From NCBI GenBank assembly GCA_018242485.1, contig JAFEBV010000039.1, positions 1,057 through 65,056 on the forward strand: a stretch of DNA of 64,000 nucleotides. Reading direction: 5' to 3'. The number at the start of each line of letters is the position of its first letter. Position 1 is the stretch's first letter. Below the pieces are notes generated by a model. The model did not search any database. It was given only the letters and a program-made list of their open reading frames with translations, and had not been told where the DNA came from. Below are positions 1 to 11,661 of this stretch, piece by piece. The stretch is from Pseudomonadota bacterium (GTDB lineage Bacteria; Pseudomonadota; Gammaproteobacteria; Xanthomonadales; Xanthomonadaceae). Both the position numbers and the translations under genes were made by a program.

Positions 1-1191
1 ACCTTGTCCTACTGGTTGAAAGAAAGCGGCATCGTGCTGAGCGAGATCACCATGATCGCCAGCGCGGGGATGGCCTACGCCTTCAAGTTCGTTTGGGCGC
101 CGCTGCTCGATCATTGGCAGTTGCCGTTGTTCCGACGCTGCGGACGGCGGCGCGGCTGGCTGCTGTTGGCGCAACTGGGCGTGATTGCCGGCCTGCTGGC
201 GATGGCTTGGCTGACGCCGGCGCGGCTGGAGGCCTTCATCTTCGCCACCCTCGCGGTGGCCTTCTTCGGCGCCACCCAGGACATCGCGGTGGATGCCTAC
301 CGCATCGAGATCGCGCCGGTGGAAGCGCAGGGCGCGCTGGTGGCGGTGTATTCGCTCGGCTACCGGCTGGCGCTGATCCTCGCCGGCGCGGTGGCCCTGA
401 TCATGGCCGACCACGCGCCGTGGCGGATGGTGTACGTGGCGATGGCCGTGTCGATGGCGCTGCCGCTGGCGGCGAATTTGCTGGCGCGCGAGCCCGACGC
501 CCATCGCGCGAGTGCGGCGAGCTGGGGCGCGGCACTGCGCGCGAGCGTGGTCGATCCGTTTGCCGATTTCTTTCGCCGCTACCGCTGGCAACTGGCGTTG
601 TTGCTGCTGGTGTTCATCCTGCTGTTCAAGATCCCCGAGCAGGCCACGGTCGGCGGGGTGATGGGGCCGTTCTACCGCGACATGGGGTTCAGCAAGACCC
701 AGATCGGCGCGATCACCAAGATCTACGGCATCTGGATCGGCATCGCCGGCACCTTCGTCGGCGGCGCGGCGGTGGCGCGCTGGGGCGCATGGCGGCCGCT
801 GGGCGCGGCGCTGGTGCTCACCGGCGCCTGCAACCTGCTGTACCTGTGGCTGCTGCTGCACCCGGGCAAGCTGCTGGTGCTGACCGCGGTGATATCCGGC
901 GAGAACTTCATGCTCGGCGTGCTCGGCCCGCCGACGGTCGCCTTCCTGTCGGCGCTGGTCAGCCGCGAGCACACCGCCACGCAGTACGCGTTGCTGTCCT
1001 CGCTGGTGAACCTGCCGGGCAAGTTTCTCGGCTTCTTCGCCGGCGAGATCGCGATGGCTGCCGGCTATGGCGGCTTCTTCGTCATCACCACGCTGTCGAT
1101 CCTGCCGGCGGCAGCCCTGTGGTTGCTGCTGTGGCGGCGGGTGGAGGCGCAGATCGAACCGTATCCGCCTCAGGCGCGCGGTGCTGGATAA
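1..1191 (+). CDS. ampG: AmpG-type muropeptide MFS permease (5' partial, runs off window edge)
   Basis: ORF 4..1191 has no real start in the window. Polytopic MFS-like sequence (AYAFKFVWAPLLD...). Sits next to anmK and an M23 peptidase, a peptidoglycan recycling context. Confidence 0.85.
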   Translation, partial: TLSYWLKESGIVLSEITMIASAGMAYAFKFVWAPLLDHWQLPLFRRCGRRRGWLLLAQLGVIAGLLAMAWLTPARLEAFIFATLAVAFFGATQDIAVDAYRIEIAPVEAQGALVAVYSLGYRLALILAGAVALIMADHAPWRMVYVAMAVSMALPLAANLLAREPDAHRASAASWGAALRASVVDPFADFFRRYRWQLALLLLVFILLFKIPEQATVGGVMGPFYRDMGFSKTQIGAITKIYGIWIGIAGTFVGGAAVARWGAWRPLGAALVLTGACNLLYLWLLLHPGKLLVLTAVISGENFMLGVLGPPTVAFLSALVSREHTATQYALLSSLVNLPGKFLGFFAGEIAMAAGYGGFFVITTLSILPAAALWLLLWRRVEAQIEPYPPQARGAG

Positions 1192-2300
1192 ATCGCACCG
1201 AGCACGCGCGGCCCGCGCGCACCTGTGACCGACGGCAGGTTGCCGGGCTCGCCACGCAGGCGCGCACGCGCCAGCCACGCAAAGCCGACCGCCTCGACGA
1301 AATCCGGATCCAGCCCGAGCGCGGCGGTGGTGTCCACGCGCACGCCGGGCAGTTCGCCGCGCAGCGCATCCATCAACACCGGGTTGTGCACGCCGCCGCC
1401 GCAGGCGTACAGCTCGCGCACGTCGGGCGCGTTCGCGCGCAAGGCCTGCGCGATGCTGCGTGCGGACAGCGCGAGTAGCGTCGCCTGCACGTCGTCGGCG
1501 GCGATGTCACAGAGCATGCGCGCGTCCAGCCAGTCGAGGTTGAACACTTCGCGGCCGGTGCTCTTGGGCGGCGGCGCGGCGAAGTAGGGATCGTCGAGGC
1601 AGCGCGCGAGCAGAAGATGATCGACATGGCCGCTGCGCGCCCAAGTACCGCCCTCATCACGCGCGATGCCGCGCTGGCTCATGGCCCACGCATCCAGCAG
1701 GCAATTCGCCGGACCGGTGTCGAAGCCGATCACGGGACGGCCGGGCACCAGCAGGGTGAGGTTGCCGATGCCGCCGAGGTTGAGGATCGCACGCCCGATC
1801 GCCGGATCGGCCAGCACCGCCGCATGCAGCGCCGGCAGCAGCGGTGCGCCTTGCCCGCCGGCGGCGACATCGGCGCGGCGGAAATCGGCCACGGTGGCGA
1901 TGCCGGTGCGTTCGGCGATCACGCTGGCATCACCGATCTGCAAGGAAAAGGGATACGCACCGTTGGGACGATGGCAGAGGGTCTGCCCATGCGAACCGAT
2001 CGCGGCGATGCGGTCGCGCGGCAAGCCCGATGTGGCGAGCAAATCCAGCGCCGCCTGCGCGAAGCATTCGCCGATGCGCACGTCGAGGTGGCCGTAGTCG
2101 TCCAGGGTCACGCTGGCACGGCTGCGCGCGAGGGCGACGATGGCCTCGCGCAGGTCCTGCGGATAGGGATAGGTGCGTGCCGCGAAAACCTGCACCGGCG
2201 GCGCGCCGGCATCCGCGTCGCCGAATGCACAGATCGCGGCGTCGATGCCGTCGGCGCTGGTGCCCGAGATCAGTCCGAGATAAAGCTCCGGCTCAGCCAC
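1170..2300 (-). CDS. anmK: anhydro-N-acetylmuramic acid kinase
   Basis: 376-aa ORF starting MAEPELYLGLISGTSADGIDAA, the N-terminal motif of AnmK kinases. Its 3' end overlaps ampG convergently by 22 nt. Confidence 0.9.
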   Translation of the reverse strand: MAEPELYLGLISGTSADGIDAAICAFGDADAGAPPVQVFAARTYPYPQDLREAIVALARSRASVTLDDYGHLDVRIGECFAQAALDLLATSGLPRDRIAAIGSHGQTLCHRPNGAYPFSLQIGDASVIAERTGIATVADFRRADVAAGGQGAPLLPALHAAVLADPAIGRAILNLGGIGNLTLLVPGRPVIGFDTGPANCLLDAWAMSQRGIARDEGGTWARSGHVDHLLLARCLDDPYFAAPPPKSTGREVFNLDWLDARMLCDIAADDVQATLLALSARSIAQALRANAPDVRELYACGGGVHNPVLMDALRGELPGVRVDTTAALGLDPDFVEAVGFAWLARARLRGEPGNLPSVTGARGPRVLGAIYPAPRA

Positions 2301-3813
2301 GCGAGCGACGCAGCTTGCGCGTCGAGGCCACCATCTGCCGCTTCATCGCCTGCTTCACCGAGGCCGGCGCATTGATGACGTTCTGCGCCACCGTCTCGTG
2401 GGTGAGGAACTGCATGCGGTTGAGCTGCGCCAGCGCGGCCGCGTTCTGCTGGTGGAAGCTCGCCAGTTCCGCGCCGGCCAAAGGCTGCGGCTTGGGCATG
2501 GTCACCGACAGCGGATTGCGGTATTCACCGTTGATGCGGAACTCGTAGTGCAGGTGCGGGCCGGTGGCCATGCCGGTCATGCCGACGTAGCCGATCGTGG
2601 TGCCTTGATCGACGTGCTGGCCGACGTGATAGCGGCCGAAGTGCGACATGTGTCCGTACAGCGTGGTGTAACCGCGACCGTGGTCGAGGATGATGCAGTT
2701 GCCGTAGCCGCCCTTCCAGCCTTCGAAGATGACCTTGGCATCGCCGGCGGCGACGATCGGCGTGCCGGTCGGTGCGGCGTAATCCACGCCAGTGTGCTTG
2801 CGCATGTAGCCCAGGATCGGGTGCATGCGTCCGGCCAGCGTGAAACCAGAAGAGATGCGGGTGAACTCCACCGGCGTGCGCATGAAGCTCTTCTTCAACG
2901 GCGTGCCGTTCTGATCGACGTACTCGGTCTTGCCGTTGGGATGGGTGTAGCGGTAGGCGAAATAGCGCTTGCCGTTGTTGTCGAAGCTGGCGGCGAGGAT
3001 GTTGCCGGTGCGTACGCGCTGGCCGTCGCGCCAGTAGTCCTCGTACACCACCTGGAAGCTGTCGCCGGGCTGCAGATCCTGCGCCATGTCGATGTCGTAG
3101 GAAAAGATCTTCGCCATCTCGATCACCGCCGCATCGCTCAGTCCGGCCTTCTCGCCGGCGTTGAACAAGGAGCCGGCGATCACCCCGCTGGTGGACTCCA
3201 GCCGACGCTCGAGCGGGCGATGGATGGTCGTACTGGTGACCTTTGCGCCATCGAACTGCAACTGGATGCGGGTGGCATCGTCCTTGTCGTAACGCAGGCC
3301 GCGCAGCACGCCGGGCGAGGGCACGTCGAAGGCCAGCTCGGCGCCTTCGTGCAGGTGGGTCAGGATCGCCTTCGCGCCCTTCTGCGCGAGCACCTGCGCC
3401 TTGGTCGCGGCGGACAGACTGAACTGGGCGAAGATACCATCGAGATTCTGCCCCTTGCCCACGCGCACGAGTTGCCAATTTTCGGCGGGCGCTGGCGCTT
3501 CGCTTTTCGGGATCGCCGGCAGGGTGAGGATGAACGATGCCCGCGCCGCCTTCTGGGTGTGCATGGCATTGCTGAAACCCGGAACGATGGTCACCACCAA
3601 CGCGCCCATCGTCGCGAACAGGCTGGCGAGCATCCAGTGCTCGCGCGACCAGCGACCGCGGAAATCCTCGCTGCCGGCCGCGTCCAGGCGTTTGAACCAG
3701 GATTTCGCGGAACGAACCGCCGATGGGCTATCGTGCCGCGGCGTGCCGGAGGTCGGTGCGGTCGGGTGATCCATGCGGAAAGGTTCCCGTGGGAATTCAG
3801 ACGCGCGCACCAT
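2293..3813 (-). CDS. M23 family peptidoglycan metalloendopeptidase (MepM/YebA-like)
   Basis: N-terminal TM segment. C-terminal M23 motifs HTGVDYAAPTGTPI and GMTGMATGPHLHYE. Stop overlaps the anmK start by 8 nt. Alternative start is ATG at 3774. Confidence 0.8.
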   Translation of the reverse strand: MVRASEFPREPFRMDHPTAPTSGTPRHDSPSAVRSAKSWFKRLDAAGSEDFRGRWSREHWMLASLFATMGALVVTIVPGFSNAMHTQKAARASFILTLPAIPKSEAPAPAENWQLVRVGKGQNLDGIFAQFSLSAATKAQVLAQKGAKAILTHLHEGAELAFDVPSPGVLRGLRYDKDDATRIQLQFDGAKVTSTTIHRPLERRLESTSGVIAGSLFNAGEKAGLSDAAVIEMAKIFSYDIDMAQDLQPGDSFQVVYEDYWRDGQRVRTGNILAASFDNNGKRYFAYRYTHPNGKTEYVDQNGTPLKKSFMRTPVEFTRISSGFTLAGRMHPILGYMRKHTGVDYAAPTGTPIVAAGDAKVIFEGWKGGYGNCIILDHGRGYTTLYGHMSHFGRYHVGQHVDQGTTIGYVGMTGMATGPHLHYEFRINGEYRNPLSVTMPKPQPLAGAELASFHQQNAAALAQLNRMQFLTHETVAQNVINAPASVKQAMKRQMVASTRKLRRSRG

Positions 3814-3942
3814 ATATTGCTTGAGATTATTGCGTCAAGTCATTGTTGTAATTGAATTTTCTGCTTTGCAACATTTAACATCACTTTAACGTAACATGAA
3901 CGTCCATCTCGGCAATACCGCGCCGGGCGACGTTTTGCGCAC

Positions 3943-5175
3943 ATGAGCGGAATGATGATGAGCGAGCTTTCCGACAGCCTCGACCTGATTGCGCGCGGCG
4001 CATCCGACATCCTCAAGCGCGAGGAATTGCAAGCGCGGCTCCAGCTCGGCAGACCCCTGCGGGTGAAGGCCGGGTTCGACCCGACCGCACCGGATCTGCA
4101 CATCGGCCACACCGTGCTGCTCAACAAGATGCGGCAGTTCCAGGATCTCGGGCACACGGTGATCTTCCTGATCGGCGATTTCACCGGGATGATCGGCGAC
4201 CCGACCGGCAAGAACGTGACGCGCAAGCCGCTCACCCGCGCCGACGTGGAAGCCAATGCGCGCACCTACGCGCAGCAGGTGTTCAAGGTGCTCGATCGTG
4301 ACAAGACCGAGCTGCGTTTCAACTCCGAATGGTTCGACGCGATGAAGGCGGCGGACATGATCCGTCTTGCCGCATCGCACACCGTGGCGCGCATGCTCGA
4401 GCGCGACGACTTCTCGAAACGCTACAAGAGCGAACAGCCCATCGCGATCCACGAGTTCCTGTACCCGCTGGTGCAAGGCTACGACTCGGTCGCGCTGGCT
4501 GCCGATGTCGAACTCGGCGGCACCGATCAGCGCTTCAACCTGCTGATGGGCCGCGCCCTGCAGGAGCAGGCCGGCAAGCCGCCGCAGATCGTGCTGACGA
4601 TGCCGCTGCTGGAAGGCATCGACGGCGTGCAGAAGATGAGCAAGTCGCTGGGCAACTACATCGGCATCGACGAGCCGGCGATCGACATCGTCACCAAGAC
4701 GATGAAGATCGGCGACGAGCTGATGTGGCGCTGGTTCGAACTGCTCAGCTTCGATGTGTCGCTGGCGGAACTGGCGCGCATGCGCGCGGACGTGGATGCC
4801 GGCGCGCTCAATCCGCGCGACGCCAAGCTGCGGTTGGCGCGCGAGCTGGCTGCGCGCTTCCACGATGCGCATGCCGCCGAGCAGGCGATCGCCGGCTGGC
4901 ACGCGGTGGTGCGCGGCGAAGGCGATACCGCGCTGCTGCCGCTGCATGAAATCGCCACGCCCAGTGAAGGCCTGCGCATCGCCCCGCTGCTGGTCGCCGC
5001 CGGGCTGGCGGCGAGCAACGGCGAGGCCACCCGCAAGCTGCGCGAGCGCGCGGTGCGCATCGATGGTGAAGTGTTCGAGGACGCGCAGCGCGTGTTCGCA
5101 CCGGGCTTCACCGGCGTGCTGCAGATCGGCAAACGCAACTTCGCGCGGGTGCGGCTCGCGTCCATCCCGGACTGA
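3943..5175 (+). CDS. tyrS: tyrosine--tRNA ligase
   Basis: HIGH motif (APDLHIGH), KMSKS motif (KMSKSLGN) and a C-terminal S4-like domain. 410 aa. Confidence 0.95.
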   Translation: MSGMMMSELSDSLDLIARGASDILKREELQARLQLGRPLRVKAGFDPTAPDLHIGHTVLLNKMRQFQDLGHTVIFLIGDFTGMIGDPTGKNVTRKPLTRADVEANARTYAQQVFKVLDRDKTELRFNSEWFDAMKAADMIRLAASHTVARMLERDDFSKRYKSEQPIAIHEFLYPLVQGYDSVALAADVELGGTDQRFNLLMGRALQEQAGKPPQIVLTMPLLEGIDGVQKMSKSLGNYIGIDEPAIDIVTKTMKIGDELMWRWFELLSFDVSLAELARMRADVDAGALNPRDAKLRLARELAARFHDAHAAEQAIAGWHAVVRGEGDTALLPLHEIATPSEGLRIAPLLVAAGLAASNGEATRKLRERAVRIDGEVFEDAQRVFAPGFTGVLQIGKRNFARVRLASIPD

Positions 5176-5235
5176 GTTGACTCACGGACAGACTGCGGGC
5201 GCGGCTTATACTCGCCGATTGCCCTGCCACGTCCG

Positions 5236-7260
<2,025 letters not shown>

Positions 7261-7345
7261 TCCGGACTGACCCACCCATCGCCGAGGGACATCGCAGCGG
7301 CATGCCGCGCGCGCGTGCATGCGTGCGTCGCCCTGCGGTGGCGCG

Positions 7346-8041
7346 ATGAAGAAGCAGGCCTGGTGGCTGGTGGTGCTGGCGGCGATCCTCGTCGCCCTCA
7401 TCGTCTTTGGAGTGCACAAGAGCGAAAGCGCGGTCTTCGACCTGCTGCGCGAAACGATGGGGCGGATCCGCGCGATGCGCGACGAGGCCCCGTACTGGGT
7501 CGCTTTGGTCTATTTCGTTTTGTACGTGCTCAACGGCGCGTTTTCGCTGCCCTTCGGCGGCCTGCTGACCGCCGTCGCCGGGGCCTTGTTCGGACTGTGG
7601 TGGGGGCTGGGACTGGCCTCGGTGTCGGCCTCGGTCGGCGCGGTCGCCGGTCTGCTGGTCTCGCGCTACCTGTTCCACGCCGCCGTCGAGCGCCGCTTCG
7701 GCGCGCGACTGGCGCCGATCCACAAAGGCTTGCAGGACGAAGGCGCGTTCTACCTGTTTGCGCTGCGCATGGTGCCGGTGTTCCCGTATTGGCTGCTCAA
7801 CCTGCTGATGGGCCTGACCAGCATGCGCGTGTACACCTTCTGGTGGGTGAGCACGCTGGGCCTGCTGCCGATCGAACTGGCCTACGTGTTCGCCGGCACG
7901 CAACTGGCGACGGTCGAAAAACCCGGCGACATTCTTTCGCCGGGCCTGATCGCCGCGCTGGTCGGGATCGGCATCCTGCCGCTGCTGCTCAAGCGCACGG
8001 TGGGCTGGGTGGAAAAGCGTTATTTCCGCCACGATGGCTGA
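7346..8041 (+). CDS. TVP38/TMEM64 (DedA/SNARE-associated) family membrane protein
   Basis: Multi-TM ORF. Start chosen at MKKQAWWLVVLAAIL. Has the VFPYWLLNLLMG-type segment typical of the family. Confidence 0.7.
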   Translation: MKKQAWWLVVLAAILVALIVFGVHKSESAVFDLLRETMGRIRAMRDEAPYWVALVYFVLYVLNGAFSLPFGGLLTAVAGALFGLWWGLGLASVSASVGAVAGLLVSRYLFHAAVERRFGARLAPIHKGLQDEGAFYLFALRMVPVFPYWLLNLLMGLTSMRVYTFWWVSTLGLLPIELAYVFAGTQLATVEKPGDILSPGLIAALVGIGILPLLLKRTVGWVEKRYFRHDG

Positions 8042-8104
8042 TGCCGACGTTTGATGCGAACGCTTGATTCCATCGGCAAACGCGCCTTGAGCACGTCGGC
8101 ACGT

Positions 8105-8122
8105 CGGCACGTTGGCGTGCCG
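8105..8122. terminator. 7-bp-stem hairpin after the TVP38 gene (CGGCACG/CGTGCCG), preceded by GCACGTCG direct repeats
   Basis: Perfect inverted repeat seen at 8105-8111 / 8116-8122. No U-tract. Confidence 0.25.
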
Positions 8123-8322
8123 TCGCTGGGCTGCCGTCACCCAACGCGCCGTTTCCGAACGGCGATCCCGGCGCTGTGATAGACTGAACGGCTCGATCCG
8201 AGCGTTGCCCGGGCCGATCCTGTCGCGGATGTTTTCGAAGCGCGGCCGGCATCCGCTCTCCTGGTCGCGGGAGAGCTTCCTCCACCGCAAGGTGGGTCAT
8301 GCATCACACAAGGCAGACCATC

Positions 8323-9024
8323 ATGGCAGTCATCCACAACATCAAGGCCACGAGCCGCCACACGCAGGGGAACAAGGGTGCGAGCCGCCGCCTGCGTCGC
8401 GAGGGTTTCATTCCGGCCGTCGTCTACGGCGGTCACGCCGAACCCAAATCCGTGCAGCTCGAGCACATCCCGGTCTGGCTCGCCTCCCAGAACGAGTGGT
8501 TCTACGCGAGCATCCTCGATCTGGAACTCGACGGCAAATCCGAGAAAGTCCTGCTGCGCGACATGCAGCGCCATCCGTACAAGGCGCAGATCATGCATCT
8601 GGACTTCCTGCGCGTGAGCGAGAACGAGGCGATCCGCCTGAAGGTGCCGCTGCACTTCCTCAATCAGGACAAGTCGCCGGCCGGCAAGACCGCGGGCGTG
8701 CTCGTCACCCACGAGCTCACCGACGTGGAAGTCAGCTGCCTGCCCAAGGATCTGCCGGAGTTCATCACCGTCGACCTGTCGGTGCTGGATGTCGGCGACA
8801 TCGTGCATCTGTCGCAGATCACCCTGCCGGCCGGCGTGGAGATCCCCGCGCTCAAGCTCGGCAAGGAACACGACGTCGCCGTGGTCATCGCCAAGCACGC
8901 CCGCGAGGAGGTCGAACCGGCCGCCGAGGTTTCGGCCGATGTTCCGGCCAGCCAGCAGGCGGCTCCGGATGCGGCCAAGGCGGCTGCAGACAAGGCCAAG
9001 CCGGCGGACAAGGGCAAGAAGTAA
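8323..9024 (+). CDS. rplY: 50S ribosomal protein L25 / general stress protein Ctc
   Basis: MAVIHNIKATSRHTQGNKGASRRLRREGFIPAVVYGG. Long Ctc-type form with an A/P/K-rich tail. Followed by pth and ychF, the conserved order. Confidence 0.9.
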   Translation: MAVIHNIKATSRHTQGNKGASRRLRREGFIPAVVYGGHAEPKSVQLEHIPVWLASQNEWFYASILDLELDGKSEKVLLRDMQRHPYKAQIMHLDFLRVSENEAIRLKVPLHFLNQDKSPAGKTAGVLVTHELTDVEVSCLPKDLPEFITVDLSVLDVGDIVHLSQITLPAGVEIPALKLGKEHDVAVVIAKHAREEVEPAAEVSADVPASQQAAPDAAKAAADKAKPADKGKK

Positions 9025-9047
9025 GCCCCGTTTCAATGTAATGAAAC

Positions 9048-9066
9048 CGTCGCGCGCAGCGCGACG
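9048..9066 (+). terminator. hairpin 24 nt after the rplY stop (CGTCGCG-5 nt-CGCGACG)
   Basis: Perfect 7-bp stem seen directly, followed by ATCATT. Could also be the edge of the adjacent MITE. Confidence 0.35.
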
Positions 9067-9166
9067 ATCATTCCTCCAGCCCTGCCGGGCGTTCTTCGCT
9101 GCGCGAACTGCCACTGGCAGTTCGCAAGCGCAGCTCATCACCCTCTCCTGCCGGGAGAGGGGCTTG
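9067..9166. repeat. MITE-like repeat, family 3 (core palindrome GCGAACTGCC-ACT-GGCAGTTCGC), inverted relative to the 25279 and 57017 copies
   Basis: Reverse-complement similarity to 25279-25372 and 57017-57120. Ends in a CCCTCTCC/GGAGAGGG hairpin. Confidence 0.75.
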
Positions 9167-9189
9167 CCACTGCACGAATTGTCGTCCGC

Positions 9190-9777
9190 ATGCCCGCACT
9201 GCGCCTGATCGTCGGCCTGGGTAATCCCGGGTCCGAATACGCCCGCACCCGGCACAACGCCGGTTGCTGGTGGATCGATGCGCTGGCCGAAAAACTCGGT
9301 GCGCGGTTCGGTATCGAATCCAAGCTGCAGGCCGAAACCGCCAAAGCCAGCATCGGTGGCGAGGCGGTGTGGTTGCTCAAGCCGTTGACCTTCATGAATC
9401 ACAGCGGCCGCGCGGTGACGGCGGCGCTGCGCTACTGGAAGATCGAGCCCGAGCAAATGCTGGTGGCGCACGACGAACTGGATTTGGCGCCGGGTACCGC
9501 GCGTTTGAAGTTCGATGGCGGCCATGGCGGGCAAAACGGACTGCGCGACATCATGGCCTTGCTCGGCCACGGCCGCTTCCACCGCCTGCGCATCGGCATC
9601 GGCCACCCCGGGCACAAGGACAAGGTCACGCCGTGGGTGCTGGGCCGGCCCGGTCGCGACGACGAGGCGGCGATGCTTCGCGCCATCGACGAAGCGCTGG
9701 ACGTGCTGCCGCTGGCGGTCGCCGGCGATTTCAACGAGGCGATGAAGAGGTTGCATACCAAGAGCCGTGAATCGTGA
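9190..9777 (+). CDS. pth: peptidyl-tRNA hydrolase
   Basis: MPALRLIVGLGNPGSEYARTRHNAG, 195 aa. The last codons and the stop lie inside the heptamer array. Confidence 0.95.
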   Translation: MPALRLIVGLGNPGSEYARTRHNAGCWWIDALAEKLGARFGIESKLQAETAKASIGGEAVWLLKPLTFMNHSGRAVTAALRYWKIEPEQMLVAHDELDLAPGTARLKFDGGHGGQNGLRDIMALLGHGRFHRLRIGIGHPGHKDKVTPWVLGRPGRDDEAAMLRAIDEALDVLPLAVAGDFNEAMKRLHTKSRES

Positions 9778-9843
9778 ATCGTGAATCGTGATTCGTGAAT
9801 CGTGATTCGTGATTCGTGAATCGTGAATCGTGAATCGTGAATC
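9767..9843. repeat. tandem heptamer array (GTGAATC/GTGATTC) x11
   Basis: Eleven contiguous 7-bp units counted directly. The pth stop TGA (9775-9777) is in unit 2. Confidence 0.95.
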
Positions 9844-9950
9844 GCAAGAGCGATAGCTTCAGTATCCACAGTGTTGATTGATCCACTGGCAATAGCTCCA
9901 GAGGTCACGACATTCACGCAACGCACGATCTCAGTTGCCGGCTTTTACCC

Positions 9951-9978
9951 ATTCACGATTCACCATTCACGATTCACG
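9951..9978. repeat. tandem heptamer array (ATTCACG/ATTCACC) x4, reverse complement of the 9767 array
   Basis: Four contiguous units ending 8 nt before the ychF ATG. A solitary ATTCACG lies at 9912-9918. Confidence 0.9.
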
Positions 9979-9986
9979 GACTTCAA

Positions 9987-11078
9987 ATGGCCATCCGCTG
10001 CGGCATCGTCGGGCTTCCCAACGTCGGCAAGTCCACCCTCTTCAACGCATTGACCAAGGCGGGCATCGCCGCGGCCAATTTCCCGTTCTGCACGATCGAC
10101 CCGAACGTGGGCGTGGTGCCGGTGCCCGATCCGCGCCTCGGCGAGTTGGCGAGCATCGTCAAGCCGCAGAAGATCATCCCGACCGCGATGGAGTTCGTGG
10201 ACATCGCCGGTCTCGTCGCCGGAGCGAGCAAGGGCGAGGGGTTGGGCAACAAATTCCTCGCCCACATCCGCGAAGTGGATGCGATCGCGCATGTAGTGCG
10301 CTGCTTCGAGCATGGCGACATCGTGCACGTGGCCGGGCGCATCGATCCGATCGCCGACATCGAGACCATCGACACCGAGCTGGCGCTGGCCGATCTGGAT
10401 TCGGTGGAAAAATCCCTCGCCAAGACCGAGCGCGCGGCCAAGGCCGGCGACAAGGAAGCCATCGCCCGCCGCGACGTGCTGGTGCGCTTGCGCGAAGCCC
10501 TCGATCAGGCGAAACCGGCGCGCGCGTTGGGTTTGTCCGATGAGGAAAAGGCGCTGGTGCGCGACTTGTTCCTGCTCACTCTCAAGCCGGTGATGTACGT
10601 CGCCAACGTCAAGGAAGACGGTTTCAACGCCAACCCGCACCTCGACCGTGTGCGCGAGCGCGCGGCCGGCGAGGGCGCGCAAGTGGTGCCGGTGTGCGCG
10701 GCGATCGAGGAGGAACTGGCGCAGCTCGACGATGCCGACAAGGGTGCCTTCCTTGCCGACATGGGCCTCGACGAGCCGGGTCTGAACCGCGTCATTCGCG
10801 CCGCCTACACCTTGCTGGGCCTGCAAACCTATTTCACCGCCGGCGTGAAGGAAGTGCGCGCGTGGACGGTGTTCGTCGGCGCGACCGCGCCGCAGGCCGC
10901 CGGGGTGATCCACACCGACTTCGAGCGCGGCTTCATCCGCGCAGAGACTATCGGCTACGACGACTACATCCGCTACAAGGGTGAATCCGGTGCGCGCGAT
11001 GCCGGCCGCCTGCGCCTGGAAGGCAAGGAATACCGCGTCAAGGAAGGCGATGTGCTGCACTTCCGGTTCAATGTGTGA
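9987..11078 (+). CDS. ychF: redox-regulated ATPase YchF
   Basis: [23 protein letters not shown] (G1 motif), 363 aa, with a C-terminal TGS-like end. Confidence 0.95.
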   Translation: MAIRCGIVGLPNVGKSTLFNALTKAGIAAANFPFCTIDPNVGVVPVPDPRLGELASIVKPQKIIPTAMEFVDIAGLVAGASKGEGLGNKFLAHIREVDAIAHVVRCFEHGDIVHVAGRIDPIADIETIDTELALADLDSVEKSLAKTERAAKAGDKEAIARRDVLVRLREALDQAKPARALGLSDEEKALVRDLFLLTLKPVMYVANVKEDGFNANPHLDRVRERAAGEGAQVVPVCAAIEEELAQLDDADKGAFLADMGLDEPGLNRVIRAAYTLLGLQTYFTAGVKEVRAWTVFVGATAPQAAGVIHTDFERGFIRAETIGYDDYIRYKGESGARDAGRLRLEGKEYRVKEGDVLHFRFNV

Positions 11079-11082
11079 GGTA

Positions 11083-11106
11083 GAGGACAGAGGACAGAGG
11101 ACAGAA
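11083..11106. repeat. tandem heptamer (GAGGACA) x3 plus a partial unit
   Basis: Counted directly. Lies between the ychF stop (11076-78) and the thioesterase ATG (11110). Confidence 0.85.
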
Positions 11107-11109
11107 GTC

Positions 11110-11604
11110 ATGACTGCCGAACGCCGTGAAGTGACCTTGCGCTTCCTCGCCGAGCCGGCCGACGTCAATTTCGGCGGCAAGGTGCACGGCGGCATCCTGA
11201 TGAAGTGGATCGATCAGGCCGGCTATGCCTGCGCCAGCGGCTGGAGCGGCAGCTATTGCGTCACCGTGTACGTGGGCGGGATCGCCTTCGAGCAGCCGGT
11301 GGCGATCGGCCATCTGGTCGAGGTGCGCGCGCGCATCGTGTTGACCGGCCGCAGCAGCATGCACATCGCCGTGGACGTATACAGCCGCGGCCTGCGCGAG
11401 CCGGAATGGACGCGCACCACGCATTGCCTGATCGTGTTCGTGGCCGTTGACGAGGCCGGCAAGCCGCATCCGGTGCCGGCATGGATCCCGGAAACCGAAA
11501 CCGACCGCCTGCTGGCTGACTATGCCGGCGACATGAAGGCGCAGGCTGGTCGTCTGGAAGCGCAGCGCGAACAATGGCTGGCAGCGGTGGATGACGGTCA
11601 CTGA
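11110..11604 (+). CDS. acyl-CoA thioesterase (hotdog fold, YciA-like)
   Basis: MTAERREVTLRFLAEPADVNFGGKVHGGILMKWIDQAGY. The track ORF start at 10981 overlaps ychF and is rejected. Confidence 0.8.
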   Translation: MTAERREVTLRFLAEPADVNFGGKVHGGILMKWIDQAGYACASGWSGSYCVTVYVGGIAFEQPVAIGHLVEVRARIVLTGRSSMHIAVDVYSRGLREPEWTRTTHCLIVFVAVDEAGKPHPVPAWIPETETDRLLADYAGDMKAQAGRLEAQREQWLAAVDDGH

Positions 11605-11661
11605 GCGCACGCATCGTTTGTAATCAATGCAAACGGTGCATACCGCAATACGCCTGATGGT

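Noticed and set aside
5176-5235. Searched the uvrB upstream region for an SOS (LexA) box.
   Set aside because: No CTGT-N8-ACAG motif and no Xanthomonas-type TTAG..CTAA palindrome was seen. No call is made.
8042-8322. Looked for prs, a tRNA (tRNA-Gln often sits near prs-rplY-pth) or a ribosomal-protein leader upstream of rplY.
   Set aside because: No T-loop/acceptor pattern and no convincing ORF. Only an octamer direct repeat with a hairpin (8091-8122) and a CTCTCC..GGGAGAG stem. This is insufficient to call an RNA element.
9767-9978. Considered whether the heptamer arrays could be a degenerate CRISPR array.
   Set aside because: The units are 7 bp and contiguous with no spacers, and no cas genes are nearby. 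This is a microsatellite/VNTR, not a CRISPR.
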